Assembly: GCF_000017845.1 (NCBI RefSeq) | Contig: NC_010546.1 | Span: forward strand, 4,650,001-4,682,000 | From: Crocosphaera subtropica ATCC 51142 | GTDB lineage: Bacteria; Cyanobacteriota; Cyanobacteriia; Cyanobacteriales; Microcystaceae | Reading direction: 5' to 3' | DNA length: 32,000 nucleotides | In this document: piece after piece, positions 1 to 7,426 of the stretch | How positions within the stretch are numbered: position 1 is the stretch's first letter | Layout of the letters: each line of letters starts with the position of its first letter | Translations under genes and position numbers: made by a program | The notes under the pieces: generated by a model | Database searches by the model: none | Told to the model about the DNA's origin: nothing | What the model saw: only the letters and a program-made list of their open reading frames with translations

Positions 1-49
1 TTTCTATCACTAATAGATAATTATTTATCCTCCTAGGGAAAAGAAAAAA

Positions 50-2041
50 TCATAATTCCGAATTCCGAATTCCGAACTCTGAACTCAGGTTTTGATAACG
101 TCCCAATGCAATTAAAGGAAAATAATGACGATAGAAATGATAGCGGATATAGAAATGACAAGGAAAACCGGTGCCAGTAAATTCTGATTCTTCCCAAGTT
201 CCTTCCTCGGTTTGGGTGTTTAATAAGTAGCTAATTCCCCGTTGAATACTATCAGTTTCAAAATGATTTAAGGCTTCTCCTGCATCTAATAACCCAATTA
301 AAGCCCAGGCAGTTTGCGAGGCGGTACTAATGCCCTTTCCTTTGAGATTAGAATCGTTATAACTCCAGCAGGTTTCGCCCCAACCACCGTCCTTATTTTG
401 ACAGCTTAATAACCAGTTAATTCCTTGTTCGATTTGGGGTTGATGTTTTTCGGGATTAATAACAGCTAAGGCAGATAAGACACCACTGGTTCCATAAATA
501 TAATTTACGCCCCAACGACCAAACCAACTACCATCCTTTTCTTGTTCTTTGTATAAATAATTAAGGGCTTTGTTAAGGCGTTTACTTGATATTTCTAGGT
601 CACAACTGCCCACCATTTCCACTACCCTAGCAGTGACATCGGCAGTATTCGGATCGATCATGGCTTTTAAGTCACCGTAAGGGACTTCGTTTAACCAAGC
701 TTGATCATTATCTACATCAAAAGCAGCCCAACCGCCCTCTTTACATTGCATGGTTTCTATCCATTTGACACAACGATTAATGGCTGCTTGTTTACGGGCT
801 TCATCAGGTAATTTTATGCCATTTAACGCCATAACAACCACCGCAGAATCATCAATATCTGGGTAGAAACGATTGGTAAATTCAAAAGCCCATCCACCGG
901 GTTTTCCTGTTTTATTTTTAACCGCCCAGTCGCCATATTCAAGGCATTGTTTCTCTAATAACCATTTTCCTGCTTTTACTAAAGAAAAATGATCTTTCGG
1001 TAAACCTGAATTCGTCAAAGCTCGTACACACCAAGCTGTATCCCATACAGGAGAGACACAAGCTTGCACCCGATAAGTTTCATTTTCTTCGATAGAAAAG
1101 CGATCAATAGCTTCAAATCCTCGTTGAACAGAAGGGTCGTTAACATCATAATTTAACACCCGAAAGGCTAACAAAGAATTGACCATTGGGGGCATAATTC
1201 CTCCCCAATCTCCTGTTTCTTGTTGATGGTTTAACATCCATCTTTCTGCTGCTTGAAGTCCTTTTTTTCGGAAGGGAACTAAGTCAACTTGTTCAGCAAA
1301 TTTGAAGACCTTATCTAACCCTAAAAAGATGTCACCCCAATTATTATTTTTCGGTAATTCATACTTGACATTTTCGATCCCTTCTGCATATAATTCATCA
1401 AGATTGAAGATAGGATCGACGGCAAAAACTGGCTTATCGTTAAAGACAATAATTAAAGGGACAGTGCTTTCTCTTGCCCAACTTGCCATTTCATAAATAG
1501 TGAAAGGAAAACTATTAGGAAATAACATGATCCACGGGGGAATAGAAGGAATTCCTTTCCAGCTATAACAACCAATTAAAGCAAGGTGAAACTTAGTAAA
1601 AATTCGGGTTTTGCTAATACCCCCTTTACTAAGAATAAAGTCTTTGGCGCGAATTAAGGCCGGGTCATCTTGGGGAACGCCTAATAAACGCAGGGCCATA
1701 TAAGCTTCGACGGAGGTACTAATTTCTCCCCCGTCTCCATAGAAGAGTTCCCATCCTCCCTGTTCCCGTTGTTGTTGGCGTAAATACGCTTCAACTTTAT
1801 GAAGGGGACGGGTTTTATCGGTTCCCCATATTTTATGAAGTAAGACTGTTTCGGCTGTTAGAGTAATGTTAGACTCTAATTCTGCCCACCAGTAGCCTTG
1901 AGGATATTGTAGGGATAATAAATAATTTTGGCTGGCGGTGATGGCATCATTGAGGGATAAAGCGGGTTTTTGGGTTTGTCTGTCTCGCGTTTGCATCGCT
2001 ATTTCCGTTACACTCCTTCGATATTCTTTATAGGTTAGCAA
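50..2041 (-). CDS. shc: Squalene-hopene cyclase
   Basis: 663-aa ORF with repeated QW-type motifs (GGW/GxW) and the class II terpene cyclase catalytic motif DIDDSAVV (DxDD). The true start may be the internal MQTRD. The last ~12 codons and the stop lie inside a heptamer repeat array. Confidence 0.9.
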   Translation of the reverse strand: MLTYKEYRRSVTEIAMQTRDRQTQKPALSLNDAITASQNYLLSLQYPQGYWWAELESNITLTAETVLLHKIWGTDKTRPLHKVEAYLRQQQREQGGWELFYGDGGEISTSVEAYMALRLLGVPQDDPALIRAKDFILSKGGISKTRIFTKFHLALIGCYSWKGIPSIPPWIMLFPNSFPFTIYEMASWARESTVPLIIVFNDKPVFAVDPIFNLDELYAEGIENVKYELPKNNNWGDIFLGLDKVFKFAEQVDLVPFRKKGLQAAERWMLNHQQETGDWGGIMPPMVNSLLAFRVLNYDVNDPSVQRGFEAIDRFSIEENETYRVQACVSPVWDTAWCVRALTNSGLPKDHFSLVKAGKWLLEKQCLEYGDWAVKNKTGKPGGWAFEFTNRFYPDIDDSAVVVMALNGIKLPDEARKQAAINRCVKWIETMQCKEGGWAAFDVDNDQAWLNEVPYGDLKAMIDPNTADVTARVVEMVGSCDLEISSKRLNKALNYLYKEQEKDGSWFGRWGVNYIYGTSGVLSALAVINPEKHQPQIEQGINWLLSCQNKDGGWGETCWSYNDSNLKGKGISTASQTAWALIGLLDAGEALNHFETDSIQRGISYLLNTQTEEGTWEESEFTGTGFPCHFYIRYHFYRHYFPLIALGRYQNLSSEFGIRNSEL
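54..89. repeat. Heptanucleotide tandem repeat (AATTCCG x3, then AACTCTG and AACTCAG), STRR-like
   Basis: Direct reading shows period-7 tandem copies. It is related to the CTCCGAA arrays at 6699-6730 and 9971-10009. Confidence 0.85.
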
Positions 2042-2138
2042 GGAACCGAGCGATCGGGTGAATTTGTCGAGAAATGATGATATTTATTATTTCTTTTTAA
2101 ATAAGTAATGACATAAAATAAATCCCACAGTTGAGAAA

Positions 2139-2168
2139 GGGAACGGGGAACGGGGAATAGGGAACAGG
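2139..2168. repeat. Heptanucleotide tandem repeat GGGAACG GGGAACG GGGAATA GGGAACA
   Basis: Direct reading. It is the reverse complement of the array family at 4566-4605 and 12656-12684. Confidence 0.9.
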
Positions 2169-2305
2169 AAAGAGAGATAGGTAGTTTCAATGACTATCAA
2201 AATGTGTAGTTAATTATGTTTAGATACTTATTTATATTTATGTATATTCGAGCTTTTAGAAATAAAAAGCTGTTAAAATATAATAGTGAGATAGTGAATA
2301 AATAA

Positions 2306-4495
2306 GTGAAAAAGAAAACATTAAAATTTATTGATTTATTTGCTGGTATTGGTGGTTTTAGATTAGCTTTTGAAAAAGCTGGTTATCATTGTGTTTATTC
2401 TTGTGAAATAAATGATCATTGTCGTCAAGTGTATTATGATAATTTTGGTGAATTACCCGATCAAGATATTACTAAAATAATTCCTAAAAATATTCCTGAT
2501 TTTGATATTTTAACGGCTGGTTTTCCTTGTCAACCTTTTAGTATTTGTGGAAAAAGAGAAGGTTTTAAAGATACTAGGGGAACATTATTTTTTCATATCT
2601 GTGAAATCATAGAAGTGAAGAAACCTAAAGTTATTGTTCTTGAAAATGTTAAACATTTAATTCATCATCAGCAAGGAAAAACTTTAGAAACTATTATCTA
2701 TGCGTTAGAAGATTTAGGCTATTTAGTTGACTATAAATTACTGAATGCCAAAGATTTTGGGGTTCCTCAAAATCGAGAAAGAATTATTATTATTGGTACA
2801 CTTAATAAAAAATTTAATTTTGATTTGATTGATATTCAGAAGAATGTTCCTAGTCTTAGAAGTTTTTTAGATCAGAAAGGAAATTTTGAATATTTAGACC
2901 CGAAAGAATATACATTAATTCAAGAACCTAAAAAACAATTATCAGGTTTAATTTTTATTGGTTATCGTAATAAAAATATCTGGAAAAAAGGAATAAGACC
3001 AAATACTGAACATCTATCTAGAGTTCATCGTCAACCGAATAGAATTTACTCAATAGATGGGGTTCATCCAACTTTGCCATCTCAAGAAACATCAGGACGC
3101 TTTTTTATTTATATTCCTGAAGAAAACGCAGTTCGTAAATTAACTTTAAAGGAATGTTATAGAATTATGGGGTTTCCTGATGATTTTATCATTCATAGTA
3201 GTACCGCAGAAGCTTATAAGCAAATTGGTAATTCTATTTGTGTTCCTTTGTTTAAAGAAGTAGCAATTCAATTAAAAGAACAAATTTTCCAACAGGAACA
3301 ATCTCAAGATATCAGCTTTCAAAAAAACATTGATCAATTTAACTGTAAATCATTAAACTTACAATTAGAAATAACAGGTATGACTATCATGAATCATAGA
3401 GAAAAATTACTAGAACTATATGATTTATCTGCAGAAGTTAGTAATATTCAAGATTTAATCCCTTCAAATTATATAGATTATATTAATGTTATTGCTACAA
3501 ACTGTAAAAAACAAAAAGGAGTCTATACTGTTTTAATCACTTTATTAACCCATAAAATTCTTAATCCGAATCAAGATATTAGATATCATCAAAAGAATTT
3601 ACCTGGGGGTTTTTCAGGAAGAACTATCGATACTCAATACATTACACCAACTTTAAAAGAGTTAGGACTTCCTGCAATGGCAGAAAGCGGATGGTTAACT
3701 CGTTCTCTTGAACAACCTTATCCTTATACCCTAGATTATAATGGTAATATTAGTAATAAAAAAGTAAAAGAAGCTTTCTTGAATTTAATTGATTTTGTCG
3801 AAACCTATCCTAATAATACAGAAATTATACTTAAAATTTTGTTCTCAGAAGTAAGAAAAATAACGGAAGCAAATAAAATAAAAATTATTAAATTAAACAA
3901 CCCTGAAAAATTCGATATTGCTACTATTGTTAACTGTTTGGACTATCATTTTAATTTTAACTATAAAACTCATGGTGCTTCTAAATTACCCGTATTAGCT
4001 TTTTATGCAATCTATCAACAATTAATCCAAGAAGTTGAAAGATATAAATCATGTCAACTCAATCCATTAGGGAGTCATACCGCATCAGATAGAACATCAA
4101 AAACAGCAGGAGATATTGAAATTATAGGAAATAGGAAAACCCTACTAGAAGTTATTGAAATTAAACAGGGTAAACCTATCGATCTGCAAATTATTCGTAT
4201 TGCAAAAGATAAGATTATAAAATTTAATCCTCGTCGTTACTGTATCTTTTCCTCTGCTAATATTAAAGTCGAACAATCAGAACTAATTGAACAAGAAATT
4301 AAAAAGATAAGAGAGACTCACGGTTGCCAGATTATTGTTAATGGTATTATTCCCACGCTAAAATACTATCTAAGACTCTTAACCTCCGTTGAAAATTTTA
4401 TTAATAACTACTCAAACTTAGTAGAATCTGATCCAGAATTACAAGCCATTCACAAAATAAAATGGAACGAAATATTATTCCAACTAGAAATATAA
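2306..4495 (+). CDS. DNA (cytosine-5) methyltransferase fused in frame to a ~370-aa PD-(D/E)XK-like C-terminal module
   Basis: The N-terminal ~320 aa carry the C5-MTase motifs FAGIGG (I), GFPCQPFS (IV), ENV (VI), QNRERIIIIG (VIII) and GNSICVP (X). A GTG start is forced: TAA lies immediately upstream and motif I begins at residue ~12. The C-terminal part has no MTase motifs but contains GDIEI-x12-EVIEIKQGK. The locus is very AT-rich. Confidence 0.85.
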   Translation: MKKKTLKFIDLFAGIGGFRLAFEKAGYHCVYSCEINDHCRQVYYDNFGELPDQDITKIIPKNIPDFDILTAGFPCQPFSICGKREGFKDTRGTLFFHICEIIEVKKPKVIVLENVKHLIHHQQGKTLETIIYALEDLGYLVDYKLLNAKDFGVPQNRERIIIIGTLNKKFNFDLIDIQKNVPSLRSFLDQKGNFEYLDPKEYTLIQEPKKQLSGLIFIGYRNKNIWKKGIRPNTEHLSRVHRQPNRIYSIDGVHPTLPSQETSGRFFIYIPEENAVRKLTLKECYRIMGFPDDFIIHSSTAEAYKQIGNSICVPLFKEVAIQLKEQIFQQEQSQDISFQKNIDQFNCKSLNLQLEITGMTIMNHREKLLELYDLSAEVSNIQDLIPSNYIDYINVIATNCKKQKGVYTVLITLLTHKILNPNQDIRYHQKNLPGGFSGRTIDTQYITPTLKELGLPAMAESGWLTRSLEQPYPYTLDYNGNISNKKVKEAFLNLIDFVETYPNNTEIILKILFSEVRKITEANKIKIIKLNNPEKFDIATIVNCLDYHFNFNYKTHGASKLPVLAFYAIYQQLIQEVERYKSCQLNPLGSHTASDRTSKTAGDIEIIGNRKTLLEVIEIKQGKPIDLQIIRIAKDKIIKFNPRRYCIFSSANIKVEQSELIEQEIKKIRETHGCQIIVNGIIPTLKYYLRLLTSVENFINNYSNLVESDPELQAIHKIKWNEILFQLEI
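3380..4495 (+). other. C-terminal module of the MTase ORF; possible independent restriction-endonuclease-like ORF starting at ATG 3380 or 3389
   Basis: In-frame ATG codons at 3380 and 3389 follow a Q/S-rich linker directly. A D-x(n)-E-x-K pattern is encoded at 4112-4165. The A7 tract at 3321-3327 lies just upstream. Confidence 0.4.
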
Positions 4496-4565
4496 TAAAT
4501 GTCTAAACAGTGAACATTAATAAACAGCACGATACTAACTAATTTTAACAACTCTAGAACTTTTA

Positions 4566-4605
4566 CCCGTTCCCTGTTCCCTATTCCCTATTCCCTATTC
4601 CCTAT
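4566..4605. repeat. Heptanucleotide tandem repeat (CCGTTCC CTGTTCC, then CTATTCC x4), inverted relative to 2139-2168
   Basis: Direct reading. The reverse complement reads GGAATAG x4, GGAACAG, GGAACGG. Confidence 0.9.
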
Positions 4606-4699
4606 CTAAATCAAATATAAGAAAATGTTACAGATCCCCCATCACCCCTAAGTAATTTTGCTACATTAAATAATTGATATCTCTGCGTCTGTTTCAATT

Positions 4700-6499
4700 A
4701 TGGCTCTCATTGTCCAAAAATACGGGGGAACCTCCGTCGGGTCTGTCGAAAGAATTCAAACCGTTGCCCAACGTATTCAAAAAACGGTTCAACAGGGAAA
4801 TACGGTGGTTGTGGTTGTGTCTGCAATGGGAAAAACCACTGATACCCTAGTTAGTTTAGCTCAAGAAATCACTGCTAACCCTTCCCGACGGGAAATGGAT
4901 ATGTTACTCTCCACAGGAGAACAGGTAACGATCGCCTTGATGACCATGGCCTTACAAGAAATAGGACAAGCAGCCATCTCCTTAACCGGCGCACAAGTTG
5001 GCATTGTAACCGAAGCAGAATATAGTCGGGCCCGCATACTCTCCATTAAACCCGATCGCATTAAACGCCATCTAGACAAAGCTGAAGTCGTTGTCGTCGC
5101 AGGGTTTCAAGGCATCAGTTCCAGGGAAAATTTAGAAATTACCACCCTGGGCCGGGGAGGTTCCGACACCTCCGCAGTCGCCCTCGCAGCAGCCCTAAAA
5201 GCCAGTTTTTGCGAAATTTACACCGATGTTCCAGGGATTTTGACCACCGACCCCCGAATTGTTCCAGAAGCAAGGTTAATGGACGAGATTACATGCGATG
5301 AAATGCTAGAATTAGCCAGTTTAGGGGCGAAAGTATTGCACCCTAGGGCCGTGGAAATTGCCCGTAATTATGGGGTTCGCTTGGTGGTGCGATCGAGTTG
5401 GAGTGATGCACCAGGAACTAGCGTTATTTCCCCTATTCCCAAACCCAGATCCCTCGAAGGGTTAGAAATTGCCAAAGCAGTGGATGCCGTAGAATTTGAT
5501 GGAGAACAGGCGAAAATTGCCCTATTACGGGTTCCCGATCGCCCTGGAATCGCAGCCCGTTTATTCGGCGAAATAGCCCATCAACAGGTAGATGTAGACT
5601 TGATCATTCAATCTATCCACGAAGGGAATAGTAATGATATTGCCTTTACCGTGATCAATAATGTATTAACCAAGGCCGAAGCAGTTGCAGAAGCGATCGC
5701 CCCCGCGTTACGTACTACTCCTTCTAATGTCACAGAAGCAGAGGTAATGGTAGAAACTGGTGTGGCTAAAATATCTATCGCTGGTGCCGGAATGATTGGC
5801 CGGCCAGGCATTGCAGCGACAATGTTTAAAACTCTCGCTGAGGCCAATATAAATATTGAGATGATTTCTACTTCAGAAGTGAAGGTCAGTTGTGTCGTCG
5901 CTAAAGAAGACGGCGATCGCGCTATAAAAGTTTTATGTGAAGCCTTTGATGTAGAATTATCCCCGAACCCTGTAGCCTCCCAAGCAGTGGAGGTGTCGCC
6001 TCCGGTGCGTGGGGTAGCCTTAGATCAAAAACAAGCTCAAATTGCCATTCGTCATGTGAAAGATAAACCAGGGATGGCGGCCAGTATTTTTGGTGTTTTA
6101 GCAGAAAATAATATTAGTGTCGATACCATTATTCAATCGCAACGGTGTCGTATTTTGGACGGAATGCCTACCCGTGACATTGCTTTTACTGTTTGTGAAG
6201 GGGATGCAAAAGCAGCGTGTCAGGTATTAAGTAGTCTATCCGATGGTTTTGATGAGGTGATTGTCGACGAAGATATCGCTAAAGTGAGTATTGTCGGCGC
6301 TGGTATGGTGGGACAACCTGGGGTAGCAGCCAAGTTTTTTGGTGCCTTGGCGACGGAAAACATCAATATTAAAATGATTGCCACCTCTGAGATTAAAATT
6401 AGTTGTGTGGTTCCCAAAGAACAAGGGGTTAAAGCATTAAAAGCGGTTCATCAAGCGTTTGAGTTAGCTGGGATAGAAAAGGTAGAAGTTTCGGCTTAA
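4700..6499 (+). CDS. lysC: Aspartate kinase, cyanobacterial long form with duplicated ACT regulatory region
   Basis: The N-terminus is VQKYGGTSVG...VVVVSAMGKTTD and the kinase core has GRGGSDTSA. Two successive ACT-pair regions follow (AKISIAGAGM...NIEMISTSE and AKVSIVGAGM...NIKMIATSE). Confidence 0.93.
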   Translation: MALIVQKYGGTSVGSVERIQTVAQRIQKTVQQGNTVVVVVSAMGKTTDTLVSLAQEITANPSRREMDMLLSTGEQVTIALMTMALQEIGQAAISLTGAQVGIVTEAEYSRARILSIKPDRIKRHLDKAEVVVVAGFQGISSRENLEITTLGRGGSDTSAVALAAALKASFCEIYTDVPGILTTDPRIVPEARLMDEITCDEMLELASLGAKVLHPRAVEIARNYGVRLVVRSSWSDAPGTSVISPIPKPRSLEGLEIAKAVDAVEFDGEQAKIALLRVPDRPGIAARLFGEIAHQQVDVDLIIQSIHEGNSNDIAFTVINNVLTKAEAVAEAIAPALRTTPSNVTEAEVMVETGVAKISIAGAGMIGRPGIAATMFKTLAEANINIEMISTSEVKVSCVVAKEDGDRAIKVLCEAFDVELSPNPVASQAVEVSPPVRGVALDQKQAQIAIRHVKDKPGMAASIFGVLAENNISVDTIIQSQRCRILDGMPTRDIAFTVCEGDAKAACQVLSSLSDGFDEVIVDEDIAKVSIVGAGMVGQPGVAAKFFGALATENINIKMIATSEIKISCVVPKEQGVKALKAVHQAFELAGIEKVEVSA

Positions 6500-6552
6500 A
6501 GTGAGTGTATCCATATTCTAGTTAACGTGAGTTGGGGATAAGCTCAAAGGCT

Positions 6553-6687
6553 AACCAAGACTTGTGCTTGCCGAGGACACCTCGGCGCACTTCCTTGGTC
6601 AATTCTCTCGTTGCCTGAAACCCCTATTGTCTCGTCTGCTTGGTGCGCTTTCCAACCGCCGTACGACGACGGTTGGGTCGCATCCGC
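6553..6687. other. GC-rich element with two extended imperfect hairpins; candidate structured RNA, terminator complex or MITE-like element
   Basis: Hairpin 1 pairs 6554-6559/6594-6599, 6564-6567/6587-6590 and 6570-6576/6580-6586, with loop ACA. Hairpin 2 pairs 6642-6647/6679-6685 (one bulge) and 6652-6658/6670-6676. The element is much more GC-rich than its flanks and has no convincing ORF. Confidence 0.3.
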
Positions 6688-6698
6688 AATAATGCTTT

Positions 6699-6753
6699 AC
6701 TCCGAACTCCGAACTCCGAACTCCGAACTCATTTTTCCACTTATTTCCACTTA
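6699..6753. repeat. Heptamer array (CTCCGAA x4.5) followed by a direct 10-mer duplication (TTTCCACTTA x2)
   Basis: Direct reading: 6699-6730 has period 7, and 6734-6753 has two identical 10-mers. Confidence 0.85.
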
Positions 6754-6863
6754 TAGGGAAAAACAAAAATAGCTAAATCCCTGAATTGATGGGCTTTTTG
6801 GGACTGACATCACCCCTTGTCACCTCATAAGATGAGGATAACAAGAAAAAAGAGGTCATCAAA

Positions 6864-7058
6864 ATGTTCACCAACACCAACAACACCCAATTTATCCGCA
6901 ACTATGTTATCCTTGCTGCAACGGTCATGATTACTTCTGTGGGTTTAACGGATGCGTTTTTATCCCCCAGTCGTACCGGACAACAAGAACGCCTCGACAG
7001 CTACGGACAAGTAGCAAAAGCAGGTTTAGTTGCTTACTCCCAAAAAATTGGTCGTTAA
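6864..7058 (+). CDS. Hypothetical small protein (64 aa, one hydrophobic segment)
   Basis: ATG preceded by AGAGG about 8 nt upstream. The ORF is flanked by a perfect 10-bp inverted repeat (6851-6860 and 7059-7068). No recognisable family. Confidence 0.4.
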   Translation: MFTNTNNTQFIRNYVILAATVMITSVGLTDAFLSPSRTGQQERLDSYGQVAKAGLVAYSQKIGR

Positions 7059-7099
7059 GATGACCTCTGTTGATAAATTCTCTAGTTATCTTCTTATCA

Positions 7100-7312
7100 C
7101 TAATTTTTCTTGAGACTTTGTAATTGCTGAAGTAACACATCAATTTCAGCTTGTAGATGTAAATATTTGACTTGTTGCACCACTGGATAAGCTTTTTGTA
7201 CTTTCATCATCTGATTATCTTTATCTTTCACCCCGAATGATTGATTATTGGAACGGTTAGCGGTAATTTCAGAAGGTTCGGAAGATGAACGAGATAAAAT
7301 TTGAGTTGTCAT
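7100..7312 (-). CDS. Hypothetical small protein (70 aa; S-rich N-terminus, coiled-coil-like C-terminus)
   Basis: It lies directly downstream of the 681-aa gene and is co-oriented with it. There is no clear SD sequence and no recognisable family. Confidence 0.35.
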   Translation of the reverse strand: MTTQILSRSSSEPSEITANRSNNQSFGVKDKDNQMMKVQKAYPVVQQVKYLHLQAEIDVLLQQLQSLKKN

Positions 7313-7426
7313 AAATTTATTAAGTATATTTACTTATCTGAGTTTGTTCTGCGATGCACATTATAAACAATCTTTGCGATCGTGTATAGTCCATCACGTT
7401 AGAATTTTGTCACTGCGGTGACCTTC

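Noticed and set aside
1302-1496. 64-aa ORF on the + strand inside shc
   Set aside because: It lies entirely antisense to a strongly supported cyclase gene and its sequence is low-complexity. It is a shadow ORF.
4861-6424. Minus-strand ORFs 4861-5079, 5608-5847, 6220-6417 and 6236-6424 inside lysC
   Set aside because: They are antisense shadows within a GC-richer, well-supported coding region. Their A/P/S/T/R-rich translations are typical of non-coding frames.
4700-6499. The duplicated ACT regulatory region of aspartokinase as a novelty
   Set aside because: As far as I recall, a ~600-aa aspartokinase with two tandem ACT pairs is the normal cyanobacterial form (for example in Synechocystis), so this is expected.
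6501-6698. The GC-rich structured element as tmRNA, RNase P RNA, SRP RNA, 6S RNA or a tRNA
   Set aside because: I could not find the conserved cores I remember: the tmRNA GGGGCUG 5' end or tag ORF, the RNase P GAGGAAAGUCC sequence, the SRP domain IV GGAA loop context, or a tRNA cloverleaf with a GTTCGA T-loop. The two-hairpin layout also does not fit the single long 6S hairpin. It is kept only as an unclassified candidate.
6931-7143. 70-aa minus-strand ORF overlapping the 6864-7058 ORF and the 7100-7312 ORF
   Set aside because: It overlaps two other small ORFs. Its translation has no coherent features and it has no RBS. It is less plausible than either neighbour.
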